Shown here: in pieces, positions 9,566-18,787 of the stretch
How positions within the stretch are numbered: position 1 is the first letter of the stretch
How the letters are laid out: the number at the start of each line of letters is the position of its first letter
Assembly: GCA_965215345.1 (NCBI GenBank)
Contig: CBDCDL010000001.1
Location: forward strand, 580,328 to 644,327
Direction of reading: 5' to 3'
From: Spirochaetia bacterium
Lineage (GTDB): Bacteria; Spirochaetota; Spirochaetia; SZUA-6; Bin103
Length of the DNA: 64,000 bases
Notes under the pieces: generated by a model
Told to the model about the DNA's origin: nothing
Database searches by the model: none
The model's input: only the letters and a program-made list of their open reading frames with translations
Translations under genes and position numbers: made by a program

Positions 9566-10305
9566 ACGGCCCGGAGCTCGGCATCTACGGCCTCGGCAGG
9601 TTCGGGACCTTCTGGGCGGAACGCCTGGCGCACCATGCGGAGGTGAAGGCGTACTCCCGGCGCAGCAGGTCCGCCCCGGCCGGCGTGGAGTTGGTCTCCG
9701 AGGAGCGCCTGCTGGAGTGCCCGGTGCTGATCCTGTGCGTCGCGATCTCGGCGATGGAACAGGTGCTCGGCCGGATCCGCAACCGATTGCCGGCGGGCGT
9801 CACGGTCATGGACACCTGCTCGGTAAAGGTCTACCCGACCAGGCTGATGGCCGAGTTGCTGCCGGACGACGCGCGGGTCCTGGGCACGCATCCGATGTTC
9901 GGCCCGGATTCGGGCCGTGAAACGACCGCCGGCCTGCCGATGGTGCTCTGTCCGGTCCGCATCGACCGGGAACCCCTGGCCCGGTGGGAGCGCTTCTTCG
10001 CCGGGCTCGAACTCCACGTGGTCGTGATGGACGCGGACGCTCACGATCGCGAGGCGGCGTTCACGCAGGGCGTAACCCACTACGTCGGGCGCGTTCTTGC
10101 CGATATGCGTCTGCGCGAGTCCGGCATCGCGCCGCTTGGCTACCAGCGGCTGCTGTCCATCGTGGAGCAGACGTGCAACGATCCGTGGCAGCTCTTCGCC
10201 GATCTGCAGCGCTTCAATCGCCACACCGTGGAGATGCGCGCCCGGCTGGAGGAGGCGTTCCGCACCATCGCCAGGCGGCTGGACGACCCGTCGGATGACA
10301 GGTAG
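9562..10305 (+). CDS. tyrA: monofunctional prephenate/arogenate dehydrogenase
   Basis: GIYGLGRFG, DTCSVK, GTHPMFGPDS, HDREAAFTQGVTH. Confidence 0.88.
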   Translation: MNGPELGIYGLGRFGTFWAERLAHHAEVKAYSRRSRSAPAGVELVSEERLLECPVLILCVAISAMEQVLGRIRNRLPAGVTVMDTCSVKVYPTRLMAELLPDDARVLGTHPMFGPDSGRETTAGLPMVLCPVRIDREPLARWERFFAGLELHVVVMDADAHDREAAFTQGVTHYVGRVLADMRLRESGIAPLGYQRLLSIVEQTCNDPWQLFADLQRFNRHTVEMRARLEEAFRTIARRLDDPSDDR

Positions 10306-10412
10306 CCGCGCACACCCGGCCATCGGGGCGGCGAGCGCCGGCCCCGTCGGGAGCGCAGGCCGCCCTTGTCGCGGACTTGGCAACGCGCCAGACTGACCGG
10401 GTGGCAAGCGCG

Positions 10413-10811
10413 ATGTCGGACCGGCGCCTCGCCGAATTCGACGAGAGCACGATCGATACGATTCTGGGCGAGGACGCGCAGTTCACCGGGGAGTTGAGCT
10501 TCGAACGGTCGCTGATCGTCAAGGGCGACCTGAACGGCAAGATCACCGTGTCCGGCACGCTGTACGTCGACGAGCTCGCCACGGTGTCGGCACGCATGGA
10601 GGTGGAGCGGCTTCGCTGCAAGGGCAGGGTCGAGGGCGACGTGATCGCGCGCCGCGGTGTCGAGTTGTACTCGACCGCGAACGTCACGGGCGACGTGGCT
10701 ACCCCGGAGCTGGTGATGGAGAGCGGCAGCAAGCTCAACGGACGCTGTGTGATGGGCGGCGACCAGGGACCGGGTACCGGAGATGCCGCACGTCCGTCGG
10801 AGGCCACGTAG
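10413..10811 (+). CDS. bactofilin (polymer-forming cytoskeletal protein)
   Basis: TILGEDAQFTGEL...GRVEGDV...VTGDVATPELVMESGSKLNGRCVM; start could be GTG 10401. Confidence 0.88.
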   Translation: MSDRRLAEFDESTIDTILGEDAQFTGELSFERSLIVKGDLNGKITVSGTLYVDELATVSARMEVERLRCKGRVEGDVIARRGVELYSTANVTGDVATPELVMESGSKLNGRCVMGGDQGPGTGDAARPSEAT

Positions 10812-10863
10812 CAGGGCAGGAAGGCGTTGACCGTGGCCGCTGCCACGGGTCATATGTTGTACG

Positions 10864-10936
10864 GGGCCGCTAGCTCAGGTGGTAGAGCAACAGCCTTTTA
10901 AGCTGTGGGTCGACGGTTCGAATCCGTCGCGGCTCA
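10864..10936 (+). tRNA. tRNA-Lys(TTT), CCA not encoded
   Basis: Acceptor GGGCCGC/GCGGCTC, D arm TAGCTCAGGTGGTAGAGC, anticodon arm ACAGC-CTTTTAA-GCTGT, T arm GACGG-TTCGAAT-CCGTC. Confidence 0.95.
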
Positions 10937-10948
10937 TTCCCTTGGCGC

Positions 10949-11260
10949 CTACGGCTCGGCCAGAATCAGCGATCCGATACGGCCTGTCTTGGAAAAGTGG
11001 CCGTCAGTGGTGACGACGGTGGCTCCCTCTCGCGCCGCCAGCGCGGCGATCCGGATGTCGTTCGTGGGGAGCGGCGTTCCCCCGCGCCGGAGTTCCACGA
11101 CGATGTCGGCATAGTGCGCGGCCGCCTCGTCATCCACGTCCAGGACCGTTACCACCGGTTCCGCGATGAACTCGCCAAGCCGCTCCTCGTTCTCGATGGT
11201 TCGGCTGCCGAGTCGAAATCCGACGCGGAGCTCGCCCAGTACGATGACCGGGACGCACCC
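10949..11260 (-). pseudogene. vapC: 5'-truncated VapC (PIN) toxin
   Basis: VPVIVLGELRVGF...LPTNDIRIAALA...VTTDGHF; N-terminal DT motif missing, in-frame TGA just upstream. Confidence 0.8.
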
Positions 11261-11469
11261 ATGGCGCCCGTGTCACCGTTCGCACGGCTTCCGGCGCGCC
11301 CCGCCGAAAGTGGTTGCTTGTCTACCGCACCGTGGCCCGTTGGGCTCACCGCCGACGGAGCGGGCCGTCGCCAAGCACCGATCGGTGAGCTCCGCGACGC
11401 TGGATGGAAGAATATCGCCGCGACGGCGGGGCAGCGGGGTTGGATTGGCGAGATTCAGGTCCTCGGCGG

Positions 11470-11793
11470 TCATCCGGCCTGGGCGACCGGTTGGATCGCG
11501 TCGAGTTCGTGACTCAACTGGCCTTTGCGATTGCGTACGTCGATCTCGTTCTGAAGGTTCAGCCAGAATCGTTCGGTGGTGCCGAACAGGCGAGCCAAGC
11601 GCAGCGCCATGTCGACCGACACACCGCGACGCCCGTGAACTAGGTCGAGCACCGAACTGGCGGCCACCCGCAGTTCCATAGCGAGACGATAGGGGGTCAT
11701 CCCAAGCGGCTCCAGGAACTCCTCCCGGAGAATCTCCCCCACGGTCGGTGTCGGGATCCTCCCGGGTATCGTGGGCTCGGAGCGTGCAGCCAT
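11470..11793 (-). CDS. higA: HigA-family antitoxin (XRE HTH)
   Basis: PTVGEILREEFLEPLGMTPYRLA...DMALRLARLFGTTERFWLNLQ. Confidence 0.92.
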   Translation of the reverse strand: MAARSEPTIPGRIPTPTVGEILREEFLEPLGMTPYRLAMELRVAASSVLDLVHGRRGVSVDMALRLARLFGTTERFWLNLQNEIDVRNRKGQLSHELDAIQPVAQAG

Positions 11794-11806
11794 CGTTCAC
11801 ACCTCT

Positions 11807-11980
11807 CTAATGGTAGTCTTCGATTCCGACATCCCAGGCATGTCCATCCTGGAACCGAAAGCAGATTCGCCACTGCCGATTGATGCGGATCGAGCACTCG
11901 CCGGTTCTCTCACCCTTGAGACGCTCGAAACGGTTCCCAGGCGGGTTGCGCAGGTCCAAGGAACGCGCCTTGCTCCCCAT
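11807..11980 (-). pseudogene. higB: 5'-truncated HigB (RelE-like) toxin
   Basis: Not in ORF track; hand translation DLRNPPGNRFERLKGERTGECSIRINRQWRICFRFQDGHAWDVGIEDYH* directly upstream of higA; N-terminal part absent. Confidence 0.85.
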
Positions 11981-12005
11981 GCTCCAACACTCCAGCCGGT
12001 TGGAT

Positions 12006-12839
12006 CTACACCGTCGTGTCGGTCAGATAGGAGTAGGCTCGGAGCGGAGCCACCGCGAGCAGGCCGCCATCGACCGGTATCGTCACGCCGGAGATCCAGC
12101 GCGACTCGTCGCTGGCCAGGAACACGGCCAGCCATGCCACGTCCCAGGGCGTGCCCTCGGTTCCGAGGGGTGATGCCTTCCTGCGGAGCTCGCGCGCTCC
12201 CGGCCTCATCAGCCGGCTGGGGAAGGCACCGTGTACATGGCCCGGCGCGATGCAGTTGGCGCGGATGCCCTGGCGTCCGTGATTGGATGCCGTAGTCCTG
12301 GTGAGCATGTGCAGCGCGCCCTTGGTGAGGGAATAGGGCACGGTCTGCGAGTAGGGCGCGGCGATGCCGTCGATGGAGGAGACGTAGATGATGGATCCGC
12401 CGCCGGATTTCTCCATCGCGGGAATGGCGTACTTGCTGGCCAGCGCCGGTCCCTTGAGGTTCACCGCCACGTTCCGGTCGAAGTTTTCCTCCTCGAAGGT
12501 CAGGACGGTACCCTCGCCGACGACGGCGGCGTTGTTGAACAGCACGTGCAGCGCGCCGAACCGCTCCACCGTCGCGGCGACCAGCGACTCGCACGCGGCC
12601 GCATTGCTGACTTCGGCCGTTACCACCGTCGCCGTGCCTCCTTCGGCGATGATGTCGTCGCAGGTGCGCTCTGCATTCCCGGGCGACAGGTCGGCCACGG
12701 CCACCTTGGCGCCGGCTCGGGCGAACAGCAGCGCCGTGGCGCGCCCGATGCCGAGCTCCTCGGTGTCGCTGCGGGTGCCGCCGCCGGTGACGATCGCGAC
12801 CTTGCCGGCCAGCCGGCCGGTCGCCGCGGGGTCTTCCAT
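12006..12839 (-). CDS. short-chain dehydrogenase/reductase
   Basis: GKVAIVTGGG, LFNNAA, YVSS, YSLTK, IRANCIAPG. Confidence 0.9.
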   Translation of the reverse strand: MEDPAATGRLAGKVAIVTGGGTRSDTEELGIGRATALLFARAGAKVAVADLSPGNAERTCDDIIAEGGTATVVTAEVSNAAACESLVAATVERFGALHVLFNNAAVVGEGTVLTFEEENFDRNVAVNLKGPALASKYAIPAMEKSGGGSIIYVSSIDGIAAPYSQTVPYSLTKGALHMLTRTTASNHGRQGIRANCIAPGHVHGAFPSRLMRPGARELRRKASPLGTEGTPWDVAWLAVFLASDESRWISGVTIPVDGGLLAVAPLRAYSYLTDTTV

Positions 12840-12869
12840 CAGGGCGGGTCTGCCTGCGACGCTGCCGCG

Positions 12870-13203
12870 ATGGCCTGCACCGCGAGCTTCACTCCTTGAG
12901 CCTCCGCGGAGGCGACTAGGCGGCGGGTCGTCGCCTGGTCGGTCGCGAACGGCTTCTGGCTCAGGAGGTGGCATCCGGCGGCGACCGCCTGCTCGATGAG
13001 TTGATGTATTTCCAGGAGAACCACAGCCCGCGATGCCATGGATGGTCCCAGGGACGGTTGCGGGTGATCTCGACTCCGCACGGGGTCGCCAAGGGATGGA
13101 ACCACGGGTTTTCGCCGGTCTTCGGGTGATTGAGCTGCCACAGCAAAGTCCCTGCCTCGAAACAGGTTGTAGCGGACCCTTTCGCGATCAGCGGCGATTC
13201 CAC
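12870..13203 (-). pseudogene. chimeric remnant: DUF6807 (PmoA-family) N-terminus abutting a Gfo/Idh/MocA internal fragment
   Basis: 13203-13000 PWFHPLATPCG...DHPWHRGLWFSW; 12999-12870 in another frame LIEQAVAAGCHLLSQKPFA...GVKLAV. Confidence 0.65.
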
Positions 13204-13276
13204 GGACCCAACGCTATTCCGCCGCGACGTACGGGACAAGGTCGGCGCCGGGGGCGCAGCCGCCGGCGGTCGCGAG

Positions 13277-14785
13277 CTAACGAGCCCGGTTGTGGCGGGG
13301 GACCCAGTGCGTGGCGGCCGGCGCCGGATGTTGGCGAGAGCCGTTCCCGTGGTCGCACGCGCAGAGCACCTCCTCGAACAGCATCGCCTCCAGCTCGCGC
13401 CTGATCGGCGCGAACGCGGCGTCACCGCAGCGGTTGTGGGTCTCCTCCGGATCGGCGTTGCGATCGTACAGCTCGCCGTCCGCGCCGCCGGCGTAGGCGG
13501 TCAGGCGCCAGTCCGCGGTGGTCAGGGTGCGCATCCGCACCGGCAACCGGTCGTCGTCGTTCTCGGTCAGCGCGGCGCTGCGCGTGTAGGCCCCCGTGCC
13601 GCGGAGGGCGCCCGCGGACGAGATGCCCTGCACTCCCTCCGGCTCGGGGACGCCGGCAAGGTCCAGCAGGGTCGGCGCGATGTCGAGCGTCGAGGCCGGT
13701 GCGTCGATGAGCAGCCCCGCGTCGATCCCCGGCCCTCTGATCAGCAACGGGACGCGCAGCGCCGAGTCGAAGTGCATGCCCTTGCCGACGAAGCCGTGGT
13801 CGCCCAGGTAGTCGCCGTGGTCGGCCACGAAGCACACGATCGTCGACTCGGCGAGCCCGCTCTCTTCGAGCTGATCGAGTATGCGCCCGACGTGACGGTC
13901 CAGGCACGCCGTCATGCCGTAGTACGAGGCGCGAGCCGCCCGCCAGGTGGCTTCGTCGATGCGCGAGTAGTCCAACGGAGGAGTACCCGTGAAGCGGTTG
14001 GTTTCGGTCCCTTCACCCCGGTAGATCACGTCGTACCACGACGGCATGTCGGTGCCGCCATGCGGGATCGGCGCCGGAACGGAGGCCGGGTCGTACGCCG
14101 CATCCCACGGCTCCGGCACCGTGAAGGGGTGGTGCGGATCGGGAAAGCTGACGTGAGCGAAGAACGGCGCCTCATCGTGACGGGCGGCCTTCAGCATCTC
14201 GATGGCGCGGTCGGCGATGTACTGCGACGAGTGCAACTCGGCGGGCAGGCGAAACCGATACGGCCCAAGCCCCGGCGACACCTGCCGGTCGTGCGCGCGC
14301 CGGTTTCGCCGACCAGCGGTCAACTCGACGCCGAGATCGGCCGCGCGCGCCTCGTAGTCGCGGCCGAAACAGAGGTCGCCGTGACCGTTGACCAGATCCA
14401 CCTCCGCGAAGCCGAAGTACCCGTCGCCCGCTTCGTGAGCCATGGCCGCCGCCACCGCCTGGGGCTCGGCCCGTTGCGGCCGCAAATGGATCTTGCCGAT
14501 CGACACGCTCCGGTATCCGGCGGCTTGCAGCACGTGTCCCAGGAATCGTGGATCGTCCGGGGTGTGGCAGCCCACCATCCGGGACTTCAGCACGGAAGGG
14601 AAGCAGCCGCTGAGCAGGGAGGCTCGACTGGGCGTGCAGGTGGGCTGGGTGACGACGCAGTCGGAGTACCGCGTGCCGGCAGCCGCCAGCCGATCGAGAT
14701 GAGGCGTCGCGCAGATCGGGTTGCCGTAGCAGGACAGTGCGTCGGCACGCAGCTCGTCGGCGACGATGAGCAGGATGTTGGTCAA
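13277..14785 (-). CDS. formylglycine-dependent sulfatase
   Basis: NILLIVADELR, CTPSRASLLSG, GKIHL, DPHHPF, ADHGDYLGDH. Confidence 0.92.
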   Translation of the reverse strand: MTNILLIVADELRADALSCYGNPICATPHLDRLAAAGTRYSDCVVTQPTCTPSRASLLSGCFPSVLKSRMVGCHTPDDPRFLGHVLQAAGYRSVSIGKIHLRPQRAEPQAVAAAMAHEAGDGYFGFAEVDLVNGHGDLCFGRDYEARAADLGVELTAGRRNRRAHDRQVSPGLGPYRFRLPAELHSSQYIADRAIEMLKAARHDEAPFFAHVSFPDPHHPFTVPEPWDAAYDPASVPAPIPHGGTDMPSWYDVIYRGEGTETNRFTGTPPLDYSRIDEATWRAARASYYGMTACLDRHVGRILDQLEESGLAESTIVCFVADHGDYLGDHGFVGKGMHFDSALRVPLLIRGPGIDAGLLIDAPASTLDIAPTLLDLAGVPEPEGVQGISSAGALRGTGAYTRSAALTENDDDRLPVRMRTLTTADWRLTAYAGGADGELYDRNADPEETHNRCGDAAFAPIRRELEAMLFEEVLCACDHGNGSRQHPAPAATHWVPRHNRAR

Positions 14786-14825
14786 ACTTGACAGATCAGC
14801 CTGCCACGGGTCCCATCACACCGCA

Positions 14826-16496
14826 ATGCCCACGATGAGCGGCGCCCGCTTCGTCGCCGAGACCGTCCGCGGATACGGCCTCACGCACGTCTTCTACATG
14901 CCCTACATCATGCCTCCCGCCATCCTGGAGATGGGCAGGCTGGGCGTGACCGCCATCCAGCCGCACGGCGAGAAGGCGGCCGCCTACATGGCCGACGGCT
15001 ACGCCCGCGTCCGGCGCGGCCCGTCGCTGGTGATGGCCCAGTCGGTCGGGGCCGCCAACCTGGCCGCCGGCCTGCAGGACGCCTGCCTGGCCTGCTCGCC
15101 CGTCGTGGCGCTGACCGGCCGCGAGCGCCAGTTCCATCAGCAGCGCCACTCGTACCAGGAGGTCGATCACGTCACGCCGTTCGCGGCCGTCACCAAGTAC
15201 AGCGCCTGCGTGCATGCCGCCGATATGCTGCCGGCGTACCTGCGCCAGGCGTTCCGCAGCGCGGTGAGCGGCACGCCCGGGCCGACCCACCTCGACCTGG
15301 AGCAGATCAGCGGGCTGGTGATCGCCGAAGGCCGGCTCGATGCCGAGGTGATCGTGGAGCGGCAGTTCACCCGCGTGCCGCCGTTCCGGCCCGTGGCCGA
15401 CCCGGCGGCGATCGCCGAGGCGCTCCGCCTGCTGAACGGCGCCGGCCGGCCGGTGATCGTTGCCGGCGGCGGCGTGACCGCCTCCGGCGCACGCGACGAA
15501 CTGGTCGCATTGGCCGAGAAGCTGTCCATTCCGGTGGCCACGGCGCTCAACGCCAAGGCGATGTTTCCGTCCGATCACCCGCTGGCGGTGGGGACGCCGG
15601 GCAACTACTCCCGCGAGTGCGCCAATCGCATCCTGTGCCGGGCCGACCTGGTGTTCTTCATCGGCAGCCACACCGGCGGGCAGCTCACGCTCGACTTCCG
15701 CATTCCGCCGCAGGGCACGCCGGTCATCCAGCTCGACATCGATCCTGCCGAGATCGGCCGCAATTACCCGGTGAAGGTGGGGCTGCAAGGGGACGCCAAG
15801 GCGTCGCTCGCGGCGATGGTCGAAGCGGCGCGCCCCGGCCCCGACCGCGGCGCATGGCTGGCCGAGACTCAAAAGCTCGTCCAGGACTGGAAGGAGAGCG
15901 TCGAGGAGCACCGGGGCTCGGACGCCGCGCCGGCGCGGCCCGAGCGCATCTGCCGCGAGCTGAGCAGGCACCTGCCGGCCGACGCCATCCTGGTGTCCGA
16001 CACCGGCCATTCGGGCGTGTGGACGGGCACCATGCTGGACTTCAAGCACCCCACCCAGAGCTACATCCGCTGTGCGGGTTCGCTGGGGTGGGGGCTGCCG
16101 GCGGCGCTGGGCGCCAAGTGCGCGGCTCCCGGCCGGCCGGTCCTGTGCTTCACCGGAGACGGCGGCATCTGGTACCACATTGCCGAGATCGAGACGGCGG
16201 TCAGGGAGAACCTGCACGTCGTCGTCCTGGTGAACAACAACCACTCGCTGAACCAGGAGAAGCACGGCGTGGAGAGCTACGAGGGCCGCTCGCCGGCCTC
16301 CGACCGGCAGTGGCTGTTCCCTGATGCCGATTTCGCCGCCATCGCCGAGTCGATGGGCGCGATGGGGCTGACGGTCCGCAAGCCGGGCGACCTGCAGGGC
16401 GCGCTGGACAAGGCGTTCTCGGCGAACCGACCGGTGGTCATGGACGTCAAGAGCCACGTGGACGGCATCGCGCCGCCGGCCTGGCTGCCCGAGTAG
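14826..16496 (+). CDS. thiamine diphosphate-dependent enzyme (acetolactate synthase-like family)
   Basis: HGEKAAAYMADGYAR, GSLGWGLPAALGAK, TGDGG...NNN. Confidence 0.88.
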   Translation: MPTMSGARFVAETVRGYGLTHVFYMPYIMPPAILEMGRLGVTAIQPHGEKAAAYMADGYARVRRGPSLVMAQSVGAANLAAGLQDACLACSPVVALTGRERQFHQQRHSYQEVDHVTPFAAVTKYSACVHAADMLPAYLRQAFRSAVSGTPGPTHLDLEQISGLVIAEGRLDAEVIVERQFTRVPPFRPVADPAAIAEALRLLNGAGRPVIVAGGGVTASGARDELVALAEKLSIPVATALNAKAMFPSDHPLAVGTPGNYSRECANRILCRADLVFFIGSHTGGQLTLDFRIPPQGTPVIQLDIDPAEIGRNYPVKVGLQGDAKASLAAMVEAARPGPDRGAWLAETQKLVQDWKESVEEHRGSDAAPARPERICRELSRHLPADAILVSDTGHSGVWTGTMLDFKHPTQSYIRCAGSLGWGLPAALGAKCAAPGRPVLCFTGDGGIWYHIAEIETAVRENLHVVVLVNNNHSLNQEKHGVESYEGRSPASDRQWLFPDADFAAIAESMGAMGLTVRKPGDLQGALDKAFSANRPVVMDVKSHVDGIAPPAWLPE

Positions 16497-16562
16497 GCGG
16501 CGGCGTCGTCCCGGTGACTGCCGCGGTTGCGTGGCGCGGCTGGCGGGGATAGGTTCCCGGCG

Positions 16563-17657
16563 ATGAAGTCAGCGGTGTTGCACCGGGTCGGCGGACCCTT
16601 CGCGATCGAGGAGGTGGAGGTGCTGCCACCCCGCACGGGCGAGGTTCGCGTCAGGCTGAAGGCTGCCGGCCTGTGTCACAGCGACTGGCACTTCGTGCAG
16701 GGCCTCCTGGAGCGCCCGTTCCCGGTCATACTCGGCCACGAGGGCGCGGGTGTCATCGAGGAGGTCGGTGAGGGGGTCACCACCCTGCGCAGGGGACAGC
16801 GCGTGGCGCTCAACTGGGCGCCCGCCTGCCGCCACTGCTACTTCTGCCTGCGGGGAGAGACCGGCCTGTGCGAGACCTTCTGGCCCTGGCGCAACGGCAC
16901 CATGCCGGATGGCTCGACCCGCTTTCGCATCGCCGGCGAACCCGCGCGTCAGTTCAGCGTGCTGTCCACGTTCACGGAGCAGACCATCGCGCCGGTCGAG
17001 AGCTGCGTGCCGCTCGCCGACGACATCTCCTTCGAGGTGGCCGCGCTGGTCGGCTGCTGCGTCACCACCGGCGTCGGCGCCGCGCTCAACACCGTCGACA
17101 TCCGGCCGGGAGACAGCGTGGCCGTCTACGGCTGCGGGGGCGTGGGACTCAGCGTCGTGCAGGGCGCCCGGCTGAGCAACGCCTGGCCGATCATCGCCGT
17201 GGACACCGACCCGGCCAAGGAGGCGATCGCCCGGCAGTTCGGCGCCACCCACTTCGTGCCGGCCGGCGACGCCGCGCACGAGAAGGTCAGGGAGCTGACC
17301 GGCGGCCGGGGCGTCGAATACGCCTTCGAAGCCGTGGGACCGCCCGCGGTGCAGGAGGCGGCGTACCAGGCGATGCGCCGCGGCGGCGCCCTGGTCATCG
17401 TCGGCGTGGCGCCGGTGGGGAGCAGGACCTCGTTCCCCGGCCTCGACCTGCACGTCAATCAGCGCCGCATCCTCGGCTCCTTCTTCGGATCGACCGATCC
17501 GAGCCGCGAGTTCGGCCGCCTGCACGGCCTCTACCGCAACGGCCGGCTGCTCGTGGACGAGCTCATCTCCAGGCGCTACTCCCTCGACCGGATCAACGAG
17601 GGGTACGCCGACATGCTCGCCGGCGGCCACAAGCGCGGCGTGCTGATCTTCGACTGA
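16563..17657 (+). CDS. Zn-dependent alcohol dehydrogenase
   Basis: GLCHSD, GHEGAG, CRHCYFC..C, GCGGVG. Confidence 0.92.
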   Translation: MKSAVLHRVGGPFAIEEVEVLPPRTGEVRVRLKAAGLCHSDWHFVQGLLERPFPVILGHEGAGVIEEVGEGVTTLRRGQRVALNWAPACRHCYFCLRGETGLCETFWPWRNGTMPDGSTRFRIAGEPARQFSVLSTFTEQTIAPVESCVPLADDISFEVAALVGCCVTTGVGAALNTVDIRPGDSVAVYGCGGVGLSVVQGARLSNAWPIIAVDTDPAKEAIARQFGATHFVPAGDAAHEKVRELTGGRGVEYAFEAVGPPAVQEAAYQAMRRGGALVIVGVAPVGSRTSFPGLDLHVNQRRILGSFFGSTDPSREFGRLHGLYRNGRLLVDELISRRYSLDRINEGYADMLAGGHKRGVLIFD

Positions 17658-17681
17658 ACCGCACACCTCGCGGGGGACGCC

Positions 17682-18752
17682 ATGCCGGACACCAGCCACA
17701 CACCATCCATGTACCACGCCGACGAGCTGCAGCGCTTCGCCGAGGAGGTGATCAGGTTCACCGGCACCGCGCCGGAGCAGGCAGCGGTGGTGGCGAGCCA
17801 CCTCGTCGAGGGCAACCTGGCGGGGCTCGAGTCACATGGGGTGATGCGGCTGCGCCAGTACTACGACGCCGTCCAGGCGGGCCAGATCGACCCCGCCGTG
17901 CTGCCGAAAGTCGAATCGGAGACCGCCGGCACGGCCGTGGTCGACGCCCGCGCGGGCTGGGGCGCGCCGGCCGGGTACCTGGCCGTGGAGCTGGCCGAGC
18001 GCAAGGCGAGGGCCGTCGGCGTCGCCGCCGTCAGCGTCAGGAACGCCGCCCACATCGGGCGTTCCGGCTCGTACGTGCTGCGGCTCGCCGAGGACGGTCT
18101 GGTGGCACAGCTCTTCTGCGGCCTGGTGCATGCCGCGTTCGTCGTGCCCTGGGGTGGCCGCGAGGCGCGTTTCGGCACCAACCCGATCGCGATCGCCATT
18201 CCCGGCGGCGACGGGCCGGTGGTCATGGACATCGCGACCAGCGCGACCGCCGAGGGCAAGGTGCAGGTGTACCGCAACGCCGGGCGGGCCATGCCGGAGG
18301 GGCTGATCATCGACGCCAGCGGACACCCGAGCACCGACCCCAACGACGTGTATCGAGGCGGCGGCATCCTCCCGTTCGGCGGTGTGAATGGTCACAAGGG
18401 CTACTGCCTTGCGGTGATGGCGGACCTGCTCGGCGGGTCTCTGTCCGGCTCCCGCGTCGGCGTGCTGGCCGGCAGCTTCCGCAACCACTTCCTGCTGACC
18501 GCCATCGATCCCGACGCGCTCGGCGGTGCCGAGGCGATGCGCGCCGTCGTCGACGAGTACTCGCAGTGGCTGAAGAGCTCGGCGACCCAGCCCGGCTTCG
18601 ACAAGGTCCTCATGCCCGGCGAACCGGAGTCGCGCAACGCCGTGGAGCGCCTGCGCGACGGGGTCCCGCTCGACGAGTCCACCGTCGAGCTCCTCGACTC
18701 ACTTGCCGACGAGATCGGCATGACGCGGATCAGCGGCATGAGTGGCCTGTAG
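17682..18752 (+). CDS. Ldh_2 family (malate/lactate/sulfolactate/ureidoglycolate) dehydrogenase
   Basis: SHGVMRL, HIGR, FGTNPIAIAIP, DIATS, GHKGYCL, MPGE; start may be ATG 17709. Confidence 0.88.
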   Translation: MPDTSHTPSMYHADELQRFAEEVIRFTGTAPEQAAVVASHLVEGNLAGLESHGVMRLRQYYDAVQAGQIDPAVLPKVESETAGTAVVDARAGWGAPAGYLAVELAERKARAVGVAAVSVRNAAHIGRSGSYVLRLAEDGLVAQLFCGLVHAAFVVPWGGREARFGTNPIAIAIPGGDGPVVMDIATSATAEGKVQVYRNAGRAMPEGLIIDASGHPSTDPNDVYRGGGILPFGGVNGHKGYCLAVMADLLGGSLSGSRVGVLAGSFRNHFLLTAIDPDALGGAEAMRAVVDEYSQWLKSSATQPGFDKVLMPGEPESRNAVERLRDGVPLDESTVELLDSLADEIGMTRISGMSGL

Positions 18753-18787
18753 TCCTGCGCACAAAGCAGAGACAAGGAGCAGCAGCG

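Noticed and set aside
10864-10936. Integrative element at tRNA-Lys
   Set aside because: No integrase and no duplicate of the tRNA 3' end were found by eye in this window
11771-12295. Plus-strand 174-aa ORF
   Set aside because: It is the antisense shadow of the higB fragment and the SDR gene
13000-13203. Methane oxidation implied by the PmoA family label
   Set aside because: DUF6807 is a soluble family found in sugar-catabolic loci; there is no pmoCAB context and the gene is a fragment
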